This document shows positions 1 through 11,493 of a DNA stretch of 64,000 bases, piece after piece. Each line of letters opens with the position of its first letter. The first letter of the stretch is position 1. Source of the DNA: Corallochytrium limacisporum Hawaii (taxonomy: Eukaryota > Protista > Pluriformea); contig PDIP01000038.1 of assembly GCA_002811645.1 (NCBI GenBank), positions 1-64,000 on the forward strand, given 5' to 3'. The notes under the pieces are model-generated. The model was given only the letters and a program-made list of their open reading frames with translations. It had not been told where the DNA came from and did no database searches. The position numbers and the translations under genes are program-made.

Positions 1-754
1 GGGGGGGGGGGCGCCGCCCTCCTTAATACTAACGGTCGGGTTTCCGTTCCCCACCCCCCCCCAAACTGCAGTTTGAGCACCTCAGCCCGTGGCCCATAGT
101 GAAATAATCACATTGCGCTTGGAACGGGACATGGGGGGGGGGACCGAAGCAATGTACCAAAGTGAAAATTGATGGATTACGTCCCCCCCCAGCCAATGTA
201 CACGCAGTTACAAACTCCGTCACTGTTTGCCTCATTCTCCGTCATTGGTTACCAACTTCAGGCACACGTAGAATTCTCTCGCTGCAGAAGACTTCTCTCT
301 TTAATGCGAGCAAACTCTGCTCGCCCTTATAGTGAATATATAAACCCCTAGTGTTCGACCTGGGGGACCGGAGATCCCTGCTTGCCCTTTGGGCGTATGC
401 GCCCATATCAATCAGAGGTTCGTTCACGAGAACGGTCTATTGGGTATAGAAATGGGTTTGTAGCAACGTCAACGTCCCTTACACTTTGGAATCCTCCTTC
501 TCCCAATGTATATTCTCCAAATACAAACGAATCAAAAACATATGTATTTCAATGTGCGTGTGGTCCTGGGCGCGTTTGGTCCGGCCCCGGGTTGCGGGTG
601 TTGAGGTGAAGATGGTAAAGGCGAGGATGGTACAAAGCACAACGGATGCGTCAGCCACTGGCTTTCATCAAGAGGACATGTGGGATGTAATTAATTGTGT
701 GAAGATGTCGAGAGGAAAAAATTCATAAAGTGCGCATCGACAAACACAGCAACG

Positions 755-1702
755 ATGAGCTTATTGCCACCCCATGTCGCCGAGACGCGGCAATCGTTTC
801 AGCAGTCACCGCTGCGTCGAGTTAGCACGACGTCAAAGAAGCTAAGGACCCTGGCTTGGAGCCCTGATGGCACAAAACTTGCTGCAGGAGGTGGCCAAGA
901 CTCCATGAAGTCATACAGTGCAACGGTTTATAGCAATTTTGAACAGACCCCACCTCGGGAAGTTGTTCTGAAGGGTCACACAGAGTCAGTGGATCACATG
1001 TGTTGGCATCCGAAGAAACCTGACATTTTGGTCACTGCCACTCAAGATATGACCATGCGATTCTGGGATACAAAATCTGGGAAATGTCTGAAGATTATTC
1101 AAACAGATTCCGAACTGTATAGTATAACGTGGAGCCTCGACTGCCAGTACATAGCTTTCCTTTCCAAACGAGATAGCATCATCATTTACAATGCCAACAC
1201 CTACAAAATGGAGGCCAAGAAGGAAGATTTCAATGCTTCCTGTATTGATGCCAAGTTTGATGCCAACAACAGACTCTTCTTCGGGAACAAGAACGGTTGC
1301 ATCCTCATCATGGAAGTGCCGTCGATGAAACACATTCACACAATCCTTGCGCACAAGGCGCCTTGCCTGAGTATCGCATTTAGTCCGGACCAAAGCTTAT
1401 TTGCGACAGGAGGTGAGGATGCGATCGTTAACATTTATGATGCCGCAGAACTTGTCTGTCTTCGAACCGTTACCAGGACGGAATGGCCGGCAAACATGCT
1501 GAGTTTTAATTCAACCGGTAAGCTCCTTGCCATTGGAGGGGAGGATCGCAATGTCTTTCTGGTCGATGTCGACACAGGGTTAATTGTCCACAAGATCAAG
1601 GTCACGGGTGTGGTGGATAGCGTGGTGTTCCATCCGAAGACGGTACTGAAAGTTGCGTATGTGGAAGACACCAAGGATGCGATCCTTAACATTGTCGGAT
1701 AA
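755..1702 (+). CDS. THOC3: THO complex subunit 3 (Tex1), WD40-repeat protein
   Basis: WD40 repeats (LAWSPDGTKLAAG, LKGHTESVDHMCWHP, AHKAPCLSIAFSP) and the THOC3-like segment LVCLRTVTRTEWPANMLSF. First ATG is at 755; the ORF-track start at 695 is non-ATG. Confidence 0.85.
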   Translation: MSLLPPHVAETRQSFQQSPLRRVSTTSKKLRTLAWSPDGTKLAAGGGQDSMKSYSATVYSNFEQTPPREVVLKGHTESVDHMCWHPKKPDILVTATQDMTMRFWDTKSGKCLKIIQTDSELYSITWSLDCQYIAFLSKRDSIIIYNANTYKMEAKKEDFNASCIDAKFDANNRLFFGNKNGCILIMEVPSMKHIHTILAHKAPCLSIAFSPDQSLFATGGEDAIVNIYDAAELVCLRTVTRTEWPANMLSFNSTGKLLAIGGEDRNVFLVDVDTGLIVHKIKVTGVVDSVVFHPKTVLKVAYVEDTKDAILNIVG

Positions 1703-1837
1703 TAGCATACACTTACCTCAAATTGGTATTGTAATGTGCATGTATTTGGAACAAAGACTTTGAGGAAGGTTGCCATGAAAGCGGGGATAGGTTATATCTC
1801 CTATACTAAGATAAAAAGTAATTCTAGTCAGTTACGG

Positions 1838-3289
1838 TCACGCTTCTTTTGTAGTGTCGGTCTCGCCCGTCAAGTCCTCCATGCTAATGTCAACCGAGTG
1901 CATCGGCTCAATATCTGTCATACCGAACCAGAGCTCCTTGAAATCAGGATCCTGAATCAGTTCTTCGAATACCAGGCCATGTTTGAGAGTTTCAACATCA
2001 GGCAGCTCGTTGCGGGCACCCTCAACGCTGCAGGTGGTGGTCTGGAGGCCAGCCTCGAGCCAGACTGAGAACTCCTGTCCAATTTCGATGTCGTCTTCTC
2101 CGACACCGTCGAACGGGTCGTCCAATTGGTCTTGCACATTTTGCAGACTTGAGAGCACAAAGGCCACAAAAGCTGCCATGAAATACTGAATCCATTCCTG
2201 CTGAGAGTTCCGGCCTACCTGTACATAGTACGGTGCACCTAGGACGGGCACGATGAAGACAAAGATTTTGGTAAAGGCCCTCACACTGCGCGGTGTGTGG
2301 TACTCTCGAATGTTGCGCATACCTTCGAATGACGAAGTCGCCAGGTGATGGTAATGAATGAGACGCGTCACAAGCGGTGCACACCCAGGGAGCTTTCCTG
2401 CCTTGCGATAACTGTCAGTAACACCTGACAAGACGCTGAACATGGCGTAGATGTAGTAGATGATCTCACCCCGGTCTTTTGTCTCATAGGTTGTGAAATA
2501 AGACCGCAGATATAGGATCAGCAGTCGGATGGCCTTGCGGCTATTGTCCACCGCCTCCGCAGGAACGCCAGCTTCAACCTGCCAGAGCCGGTGCAAATTG
2601 TGCAACTCCATAAGACTGGCTTTGAAGACGCCCAAGTAAGCTAGCAGACGCTCCCGGCGCTGATAGGCAGAATTGATGGCGAAAGCCAATGGAAAGACGA
2701 CCGGCGTCAATACAATACTGAACTGCACATCAGCTGTAATATCGAGGGCATCCGCGAGCCAAGTGAAAAGCACAGCAATTCCACAGCTAACAATGGTCCA
2801 CAGAGTGATATCCTTACAGAACCCAACAATAACATCATACGCAGTGTTCAGGCGACGCTTAAGAGGCGCAGATTTCTGGTGCATGCGCCTGAACTCTTTA
2901 GTTTTCCGTTCCCGCATGGTCTGTCTTCTGTCCATCTTACGCCGCGTCCTTGAGATGCTGTTCATCTCGACGGAGATGCTGCCCTTCCACTTGTTTCCCA
3001 TTCTGACAGCAGTGTTCACGGCCCGCATGGGGATGCTTGTGTGTTGGTCATTTTCAGAGCGGCTACTGTTCCTAGATACTGAACTATCCCGAACTCCGCG
3101 TTTTCCCGAACCACTTGACATCGCCCTTCGGTTTTCTGAACTGAGACTGTTTCTAGACGCCGAAGTGTCCCGTGGGGCCCCGAGTTTGCCCGCGTCATTT
3201 GCCAATGCTCTTTGAGTTTCTGAGCTCACACTGCTCCTAGAAGGGGAGCTATCCCGAAGGGCTCCGGGTTTGCCCGACTCATTCGACAT
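1838..3289 (-). CDS. Bestrophin-like (UPF0187-type) membrane protein / putative anion channel
   Basis: Four hydrophobic segments, FPLAFAINSAYQRRER after the second, and an acidic C-terminal LDDPFDG...DDI motif. Ser/Arg-rich repetitive N-terminus. Confidence 0.65.
   Translation of the reverse strand: MSNESGKPGALRDSSPSRSSVSSETQRALANDAGKLGAPRDTSASRNSLSSENRRAMSSGSGKRGVRDSSVSRNSSRSENDQHTSIPMRAVNTAVRMGNKWKGSISVEMNSISRTRRKMDRRQTMRERKTKEFRRMHQKSAPLKRRLNTAYDVIVGFCKDITLWTIVSCGIAVLFTWLADALDITADVQFSIVLTPVVFPLAFAINSAYQRRERLLAYLGVFKASLMELHNLHRLWQVEAGVPAEAVDNSRKAIRLLILYLRSYFTTYETKDRGEIIYYIYAMFSVLSGVTDSYRKAGKLPGCAPLVTRLIHYHHLATSSFEGMRNIREYHTPRSVRAFTKIFVFIVPVLGAPYYVQVGRNSQQEWIQYFMAAFVAFVLSSLQNVQDQLDDPFDGVGEDDIEIGQEFSVWLEAGLQTTTCSVEGARNELPDVETLKHGLVFEELIQDPDFKELWFGMTDIEPMHSVDISMEDLTGETDTTKEA
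3047..3286 (-). repeat. Three degenerate ~28-aa (~84-nt) tandem repeats in the N-terminus of the bestrophin-like protein
   Basis: SGKPGALRDSSPSRSSVSSETQRAL / AGKLGAPRDTSASRNSLSSENRRAM / SGKRGVRDSSVSRNSSRSEN. Confidence 0.85.
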
Positions 3290-4637
3290 TACTCTTTGGT
3301 GCTATCAGAGAATGTCTTCTGTAAGCTTCCAGAATGAGATCAGTGTTTATATTCCTTTCTCCTGGTTGCTGTGCTGTGCCAAGCTCACGTACATGATATT
3401 TTTGACGAACAATGAAGCGCAGGATATGTAGTCACCACTGTGGATCAGTATGTGACTTAAGTACGTAATAGGCACCATAGATTTGTCTTTGCATGAGCAG
3501 AATTCTTCAGACGTACACACATGCGTCACTCAGTCCTACATTTCATGGCCGTCAGCTCATGTGATGATACTGGCGATGCCTTTCGCCCATACACGACCAA
3601 GACCGAGTCTGTAGATCTCCACTGCCGTTTCTGCCTGGTATGCGAAGAGAGCCACCCGCCCCCCTTAACCATAGGAACAGAACCGCACTACCAAATCATC
3701 ACCAGCTTCTCCGGCCGTGCGGGTAGTGGGGAAGCCGCCTCCCCCCCCTTCCCCCGGGGCCTTTTCGCTTCCTTCGACGGCGAATTCTCCGAGTCATCTG
3801 AGGTATTTTGGAGCCAATGGGCAGAGGGGAGACCCGCACACGAAAAATCACTAAGGGGAGAGGGAGCACCTGTGCCTTCAAAACGCTGTTGACCCCGAGG
3901 GCTGGCGCGCCCTTGGTACCAGTACACTTTGTCGTGGACCGCATTTTTTTCGACCCGGTACGGACGATTTGTAAATTTGGTGCTAATTTCGGACCCTGCT
4001 TGGACGGCCCCGTAAGACCAGAGCGACGGTTGCCCCGGGGGGGGGGGGAAGGCCGCAGCAGGCCCAGGCTTTAACAGCGCAGATGCTCCAGCCGCACCGT
4101 CGTCCCTTCGCTATAGAAAAAGAGAAACATAGATGTAGCCGGGTTTGAGAATATTTTGTGCAGGGATTCGGGACGGGGAGGGAGCGGTCAAGGAGCTCCA
4201 GGCGGAAACTCCATTCTCTCCACTTTGGTTCTGGATGAAACGGTGTTTTAATTGTTGGGTTCGCCCAGCTGTCGGGGGCCCCGTTAAATTGTGTGAGCCT
4301 GGCAGGAGTTTGGGGAAAGGGGGGAGAGGGAGAGAGGTGCCCCGAGGAGTTAACCTGTGCGTCATACACACTCTGTAACTGCTGCCTATTAGTGGTCTAC
4401 CACACTACTGTTTTAAAACCCGAAACGCAACCGGTCGTGCTCAGAGCGCGCTCAGTTCGGGTGTTCGAGCGCTCAGTAGCGCATCTTTCCAGTGTACGTC
4501 TCTTGGTGGTTCATACAAACTGCCGCAGATGCTTACATCATGTCAAAGGTCAGATCTCACCTGGCCACAATTTTTGCCTCATGTATACGAATCTAGAACA
4601 TTGTGTATGTATTTTTAGTACTGGTACAGCCTTTGGT

Positions 4638-7600
4638 TTAGTAGAGTCCCTCTAGATCCGGTAGCCGGCCCAGGTTTGGATTTGGTAACAACTGATGCTT
4701 GATCCAATACTCCTGGATCCTCTCGTAGCGATCCTTGCTCAGATGTAGCGGTAGACCACGGCGTAGGAATACATCAGTCTCACCGTGCTCATCCAAGTAC
4801 GGGGGTGCGGATCCATAAACCCGATTGCCATAAAAGATGAGCAAATTGCAGGCCTTGGGCAGGATATAGATGCAAGAAGTGCTGCCACACTCCAAGGCGT
4901 GGCGAGTGCATTCTCCGTTCGATGACACACGGCAGCACTCCGCACCCATGCACAACAGATTGCCACAAAGCAGACAAATGGCGGGATCGTCTGGGACCGT
5001 GTTACACGTCGGACACGGGTCCATGCATGACAGCCGCAGAAGATCGTTATAGTCATTTGGCAAAGGAATAAGGGACGGAGGGTTCAAGTGTTCTAAGCGC
5101 TGAAGATCAACGCCGAATCGGTTCTGACCCGCCGAAGTGGTCATCTGTGCTAATGTGTCGTGTGCGGATTGGTCGGTGGTGAAGTGTTGCCACAATTGGA
5201 GCTCCGATTCAAAGCCGAGGTGAGCTAGAGCGGCCTCAACACTTTTTGGGCAGGCCTTGGCGGCGCTGAAGTTACGACCGGATTCAATGGCATCCATCAG
5301 GCGGAACATCAGGAGCGATCTGCGTAGATAGACGTGCACAACGTCCATGACAATCCTGCGACATTCATCCACTGCCTCTGATGAGGTCACCACTTTCATA
5401 CCTTCAGAATAGACTTCGGAGACAGGGCTCAACGAAGAAAGCAGATCCTCCACAACCTTCATGAAGGCGGTCTGCACGCCTTCATCACTGGTGACATCCA
5501 TGCTATCCGCGTCGGACAAAACAGCATTGCTGGCTTTCACCTCCCGCGACCCAACCTTATGTACGGCATACAGCAAGGCCTGTCCAACAGTACCAATAAG
5601 ACAGAAGTGCATGCTGTGCTCAAAGAGTCGTGTCTCCGGGCCTTCATCCGGTCCATAGCGGCCAATGACAAATGGAATCTTTGTCATCATGTCAAACATA
5701 TCACACTCCAGAAAGCTGCTTACAACCCACATCGATCGCCTTGGTTGGTACTGACCCTCACTTCTGATTAACTGACTCAACTGCTGGCTCCAATTCGTCC
5801 GATAGTACATAGGAATCAGTCGATTGGCCTGCTTGTACAAGAGTTGAGCGAAGCGGAAATATGGCTCGCTACGGACCATGCTCGGACCGTCATGACGTCG
5901 GAGCATGGCCTCGAAACATTTCATCATGTACGCAAGACAGGTTAATCCCTGCCGAACGACCGGCGGTGCGAACTTCTTGTTATTAGTGGGGCTGACAATG
6001 CTTTGCACCGAAATGGGTCCATCCATATCAACCAGCCAGATCTGGCTCGGCACATCCATCGCAAACATGTTGCGGTATGTCTGCTCGCTGTGATGAACCG
6101 TGGCTTCCGCAGCATGGCCTTCGTCTGTTGGAGAAGCATTCGCGTGATCGACATCATCTTCATCAATCATATTTTGCAAGAGGTCAGGGACTGTATCGGC
6201 ATGGAAGGAAATGGCACCATCATGTTCCATGGGATCCGAATAGTGGTGACGTCCTGGTCGAGGGGTCATTGGTTCGACACCCAAGTTTGAGAACGGAATC
6301 AACGCCGTTACCTTCTGTTTGCACAGAGGACACTGGAACTCAGCATTACGCAGGCTGGCTAGACTGAGATCTAGGTTGCGCAACACTGAGGTCTGGTACC
6401 GTGACCAACAGTCAAAATGCATGTCGTGACAACATCCACTGATGAACACGTTCCGGTGACCATCTCCTGGGTTTGCCTCGCCTGACATCTTACTGTTCCG
6501 TCCCCCAACTGGAGTCTTGATGTGATTGCCCACACGTCGATTCGTGAGCAGACCACGACTGATGAGACTGGAGCCCATCACATTTATGCATTTACCGAAA
6601 CTACGGATCGCCTCACTTCCGGGACTCGCGGAATCTTGGCAAAGTATACATGTGACAGCCTGGTCATCGTACTCTTCCTCCACTACCTCTTCATCGGGGT
6701 CCTGTGATTTCAAGAAGTTTTCTTGTTGCTTCTTAAATTGCGCCATGATTTCCATCTTGCGCTTCTTGGCCAATTCCGCCATCCGCTTTCGCCTCTCTTC
6801 TTCACTGTCAACATTCTCCCCATTGGCAGAGGAGTCTTGGTAAAAGTCTACGACGTTGCTGATCTCCAAGCCGCATGATTGCAGGGTGTTCATGATGTAT
6901 CGCGTTACTTGAAGGAATTGCTTTCCGCAAGGAGCCTTGCTGAGTGTTACCAGTAGACCAATAATGCTGCAGTACTGTGCTCTGTTGCGTTTGTCATCAT
7001 GCAGCAAAGCATCAGCAAACTTCATGCGCAGATTATCAAAGCGCTCACCCGCATTCACCCTTACAGATAAACCATAACAGACAACGTAGAGAGCCATGTG
7101 CAGCGTGTTATCTGAGATAAGTGGGTTACCATTCACATGAGTGTGCAGTCTCCGGCCGGAAGATGTGTACCCGACTTCGATCTCATTTTCACTAGGACTA
7201 GCACACGGGAGAGATCCAGCATAATCGGATACGCTACCAGACCGTGATGATTTCTTCGGTACATCTTCAGAAACGCTGGCATGACGAGAGGTCTTGCGGA
7301 CCGGCGACCTGTCCTTGAACGTATTTCCCCGAGTATGTGACGATGATCTTGCCGTTGTTAGATTGAGGCTTCCGCGTTTTTCCTTCTTCTTTTTTGCGAT
7401 ATCAAATTTCTTAGCTTCGTCATTTTGAGCAAGGAAAATGGTCAAAATGTTTCTAACCATTTCGAGGAGCACGTTGGACTCAAAGACAGACTCGATGGAA
7501 GCAAATGTGGAGCTCAATGCAGGCAATACAAAGTCGTCGTCGTTCACGCTGGCTGCTTTTTCACCCAACACAGTGGCAATGATGGTGTCCCGCTCGGCGT

Positions 7601-10010
7601 GGCCGTAATGCCACAGGTACGGATCCCGATTTCTACGCACTTCAGACTTCAACTCATACAAACCACTGGACATGTCACCAGGGTCTCGATAGTTTGCCAC
7701 CTTCAACAGGAGCGTTTTGAAATTGTCGTCATTCACCATTGACCGCCCCACACGCTTTGTCAGTTCACTATGTGCCAAGGCGCTTACGGAAAGCTGAGCC
7801 ACTATCTCCCGTTCTACGAAATCGTCATCAGAGACGAAGGACAGACCCTTCCAGTGACGTTCAGCAAGCATGCGGAGAATGATGTGCACCGCGCCTTCAA
7901 TCAGCGGACAGTAATGGTCATCATCAACATCCACATAGTCATGCTCTTCATCAGACAGTCCAAGCTTTTCGAGGGCACGGAATCGTTGCAAAATCGTGAG
8001 CACTACCTGCTGCGGCGATTGGAAAGCAGCACTGATCTGGACCGCTGCAATGTCAAGATCACTCATCTGAGCTCTAAATTCAGGACCATTATAGTTGAGC
8101 AGCTGATTCCGGATGTTCGGACCGTTGCGACTCCACATCTGCGCCCGAACCTGCCCTGCCAGGGCCAGAGTCCTCATTCCCACATCAAGCATTGCGGCGC
8201 TGACTTGATCGATGCCTATGTTGGCCTGCTTGCCAAAAATGTCCTGAAGATCCAATTCATATGTTCCACAGGCCAAGACAATGGCAGCAAGCAATCGCAG
8301 AAGTGGGTGATGGAAACTGACCGGGCGGTGCAGTCCATCGTACTCATCGATTGTGTAGAGGGATCCATTGAAGTGAATCTTCTGAGGCGTAGACTTGACA
8401 TCAGGGCTTTCCTCTTCAATCATTCGCCGAAAGGAATCACTCGCCTGCAATACGGTCGATTGCAGTAGTTCGGGTACGATCACCAATTCCCGAAATGCAT
8501 TGCAAATCGGAACCATATTAACCTGCAGGGTAAACGCCTTAAGCCAAGTGACATCGTCGAATTCAACGTGTTCTCCATATTTCCGTAAATTTGGTGTCAT
8601 GCCCTCGAGGAGGCGGAGCATTTGTAAGAACAGTTCAAGATCCGCTTCTTTGAGCTCCTCGTATTTGAAATGACGCAAAAGGTAGCGAAGGTCTAGCAGT
8701 GCATGCCCGAACCGCTTGTTCACTATATGTGGGTGCTGACAGCTGACTACATTGTACTCATCCGCAGTGCGCGCAAGGATGCTGTGTACCATTGTCAAAA
8801 CCTTGTGCAGTGCATCGTACTCTGCAATCAACTTTCGACACGTTGAGGGTACTGTTAGAAACTGGACAGACAGACTAACTACAGAATACTTGTCCGCGTG
8901 GTCATCATCCAAAAAATTGTTCTGAATTGTCTCATAGTGCATCACAAACTTTTCACCCATTAGTGCCTTATACTCCGATTGCGCAATAAGACTGACCAGG
9001 AACAGATCCAAGAGAGATGCACGCACGTCCTTCCACAAGGTGTTCTCAGAGACCATAAAATCTTCCACAATGGTTGTGGCATCTATGTTGTCGTCGAGCA
9101 AGATCCCACCTTTACCGTCCAGCTTTGTCATTAGCGACCGACACATCGCAAGCCGATACCATTCACCGCCCTTTTGACAGTAATCATTCAATAATTGTAA
9201 CAGTGAAGCTGCCATTTGCTCCATGATGTACTGTTTTGTAGTAATATGTGTTGTCCGAAGTCCACGTCGTTGGTACAGATCCATACCAATCTCATGCATT
9301 TCCCACCTCGGGCCAATTTCCACTACACACCGCCCGTGTGCGTCTACTAATGAAGCAACTAGATCAGCTTCTTCACTGGCCCTCCTATTGGGCAATACTT
9401 CCTTAAGTAAGCTGTGCACTTCGTCAAATGAGTGGTGTTCATCATTGTACAAAAGGACCACACACTCGTCCTCGTAATCTTCCTCCGGCGGAGTTGCGTG
9501 GACCAATAAGTATTGGTGAATGAACGTAACAGCGGCTAACGTTGCTGCTTCTGCTTGCTCTTGCATTTCTGTGCTAACTGGTTGTGCATTGCTATCCTTC
9601 GGCGTATGCAGGCGGCATCGTGAATGCGCCTTCCATGCCTCCGGGTCACCACAGTCACAGCATCCACCGCCTTTGCTAAAGCTTATCCGGTATGTGTGGT
9701 TTTGGTGTTCACTGGCAGCAAAACAAGTTGCACATAATACACAAGTAGGGTCGTGCCCACAGTCATGGCAGTGGTACGTGGGTTCGTTCTTTGTGAATAC
9801 CCTTCCACATGAAGATACAGATGCATTATCCAAGAATTCGGAGGGGATATCACTGTGCTTAAACATTGCTTTGTTCAAGACTCGCCGCACCCGCGCAAGC
9901 TCTGGTTCTTCCATAGGCTTCACTGTCGTTGACGTAGACAGCTCCTCGCCATGGGCGAGAAGCCTCTCGTAGAGGCGATGATACCGTTCCATAATCCCTT
10001 CTGATGGCAT
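4638..10010 (-). CDS. UBR1: N-recognin E3 ubiquitin ligase UBR1/UBR2
   Basis: UBR box (CGRVF...YHCHDC...CVLCATCF...GGCCDCGDPEAW), ClpS-like N-domain (LYNDEHHSFDEV), RING-like CILCQD...CCHDMHFDCW...CPLCK, C-terminal PYLDEHGETD...RRGLPLHL. First in-frame ATG at 10010. Confidence 0.95.
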   Translation of the reverse strand: MPSEGIMERYHRLYERLLAHGEELSTSTTVKPMEEPELARVRRVLNKAMFKHSDIPSEFLDNASVSSCGRVFTKNEPTYHCHDCGHDPTCVLCATCFAASEHQNHTYRISFSKGGGCCDCGDPEAWKAHSRCRLHTPKDSNAQPVSTEMQEQAEAATLAAVTFIHQYLLVHATPPEEDYEDECVVLLYNDEHHSFDEVHSLLKEVLPNRRASEEADLVASLVDAHGRCVVEIGPRWEMHEIGMDLYQRRGLRTTHITTKQYIMEQMAASLLQLLNDYCQKGGEWYRLAMCRSLMTKLDGKGGILLDDNIDATTIVEDFMVSENTLWKDVRASLLDLFLVSLIAQSEYKALMGEKFVMHYETIQNNFLDDDHADKYSVVSLSVQFLTVPSTCRKLIAEYDALHKVLTMVHSILARTADEYNVVSCQHPHIVNKRFGHALLDLRYLLRHFKYEELKEADLELFLQMLRLLEGMTPNLRKYGEHVEFDDVTWLKAFTLQVNMVPICNAFRELVIVPELLQSTVLQASDSFRRMIEEESPDVKSTPQKIHFNGSLYTIDEYDGLHRPVSFHHPLLRLLAAIVLACGTYELDLQDIFGKQANIGIDQVSAAMLDVGMRTLALAGQVRAQMWSRNGPNIRNQLLNYNGPEFRAQMSDLDIAAVQISAAFQSPQQVVLTILQRFRALEKLGLSDEEHDYVDVDDDHYCPLIEGAVHIILRMLAERHWKGLSFVSDDDFVEREIVAQLSVSALAHSELTKRVGRSMVNDDNFKTLLLKVANYRDPGDMSSGLYELKSEVRRNRDPYLWHYGHAERDTIIATVLGEKAASVNDDDFVLPALSSTFASIESVFESNVLLEMVRNILTIFLAQNDEAKKFDIAKKKKEKRGSLNLTTARSSSHTRGNTFKDRSPVRKTSRHASVSEDVPKKSSRSGSVSDYAGSLPCASPSENEIEVGYTSSGRRLHTHVNGNPLISDNTLHMALYVVCYGLSVRVNAGERFDNLRMKFADALLHDDKRNRAQYCSIIGLLVTLSKAPCGKQFLQVTRYIMNTLQSCGLEISNVVDFYQDSSANGENVDSEEERRKRMAELAKKRKMEIMAQFKKQQENFLKSQDPDEEVVEEEYDDQAVTCILCQDSASPGSEAIRSFGKCINVMGSSLISRGLLTNRRVGNHIKTPVGGRNSKMSGEANPGDGHRNVFISGCCHDMHFDCWSRYQTSVLRNLDLSLASLRNAEFQCPLCKQKVTALIPFSNLGVEPMTPRPGRHHYSDPMEHDGAISFHADTVPDLLQNMIDEDDVDHANASPTDEGHAAEATVHHSEQTYRNMFAMDVPSQIWLVDMDGPISVQSIVSPTNNKKFAPPVVRQGLTCLAYMMKCFEAMLRRHDGPSMVRSEPYFRFAQLLYKQANRLIPMYYRTNWSQQLSQLIRSEGQYQPRRSMWVVSSFLECDMFDMMTKIPFVIGRYGPDEGPETRLFEHSMHFCLIGTVGQALLYAVHKVGSREVKASNAVLSDADSMDVTSDEGVQTAFMKVVEDLLSSLSPVSEVYSEGMKVVTSSEAVDECRRIVMDVVHVYLRRSLLMFRLMDAIESGRNFSAAKACPKSVEAALAHLGFESELQLWQHFTTDQSAHDTLAQMTTSAGQNRFGVDLQRLEHLNPPSLIPLPNDYNDLLRLSCMDPCPTCNTVPDDPAICLLCGNLLCMGAECCRVSSNGECTRHALECGSTSCIYILPKACNLLIFYGNRVYGSAPPYLDEHGETDVFLRRGLPLHLSKDRYERIQEYWIKHQLLPNPNLGRLPDLEGLY

Positions 10011-11493
10011 CTTTGCCTTCGAGGTGCCCACTAACCCACTGTCCTTCTTTGTTTCTATTGCACGGGAATTATGTTGCAACCTCGACACTCATTCTCGTTT
10101 TCATGGAGCCTTCAAGACTCGTTCTATCTATTTTGTACTTTCTACTATGCTTTGCAATGTTGCCAACGGCTGTGTACAGTACATCTTCATCAGGTGCTGC
10201 CTTTTTTACCAGGCCGCTTTCAATGATCTGGAAAACTTCTGTTTGCACATAGTATCGTATGAGTGTATGTGTTACCAAAAACATCCTGTCTCGCGTCATA
10301 AAGAGTGTTCACTGTGCTGGTGGATTGCATCCGTCGTTGCTACATCGCCCACACTGTTACAGACATTCCCCTGTCGGATTTATTTGTCTTGGTCCCAACT
10401 ATCATGGGCCTGTCACGGGTCTCCTTCTCAGTTCCTCTCCCCCCACCCACCCGAACAGTCCTTGACGGCTAGCGGCCGTCCCCGTCCCAGTCAGTTAGGA
10501 CCCCACCTGAACCGATAACAGGCACTGGCGGTGCACGGCCACACACTATCGATACCGTTGGGTCCTAAATGAATTGTGGACATACAAATGACTTCCAATT
10601 TGTTAGAGCTCCGACATGGCGCTGACATCTTTGAAGGCATCCCAGAGAGCCCCCGACCGCAAAAGAAATGTAGTCAATCGAAAAGGACATGGGACAACCT
10701 CAATCCACGCGCGTCCGTGGATTGTTCCATATAAACGTCGGTCCACCGAACCACACATACTTGCGGAACTAAATGTTCGGGGGCGACCCCGCAGGGGGAG
10801 AAGGGGGAGTGGGCCCCGTTGTTTCTCTTCTTAGCTATTCACCATTCTCACTGCTGCATTTGTGTTCGTTTTGTCTCATAATGAGCTCGGTTTCTTCAGT
10901 AATGAGTGCCAACAAGTTATCACAGCGTACTGTCGTTACGCTTGTGGTAATCAGAGGCAACAGTGGATGTGTGGTACACCCGAGGCAAGAAACAGACCAA
11001 ACACGACAGACTGAATTCTATACTATGTTCAGTATAGGTATTAGTATGGCTGTCACATGAGGTCCCATACCAGACGCAGTCCACTAAGGAATTTCATAGA
11101 TGTGGGCGGCTTCAGCATGCGCAGTAGATGTTCATAAAGAGGACTCAAACCGCCGGTACCACTGCAGCCCGAGGGTGGAAGCAATACAGGATAGCGTAGT
11201 ACAGTCGCGTACATCCGTTGAAAGTATTGCGAGATTCAAGCGTCCCTTTGTTCTAATGTCACGGTAGCCCTGTGCTCCCGATGAGGGTGGGGGTCAGGCA
11301 ATGGGGCGCCGAATCTCCGATGCCGGAGGGAAAAAGTATGAGAGTTGGCAGGGGTTGAAGTGATGGGGCCGAAGAAATCGTAGATTCCTTTCCCTACCGC
11401 GGGTAACCGGTGGGCTGGAGAATTAGACTCCGATCAGGGGTCCCCTCCTCATTGTACAATGCTGGCTTAATATTTGTATAGTAATATAATCAT

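Noticed and set aside
10195-10215. U5 loop-1-like GCCTTTTTTACCAG
   Set aside because: Six Ts instead of the invariant four; no supporting stem or Sm site.
11260-11450. Possible RNase P/MRP RNA, looked for because POP1 is in the window
   Set aside because: The P4-forming conserved regions are not both present in the correct order.
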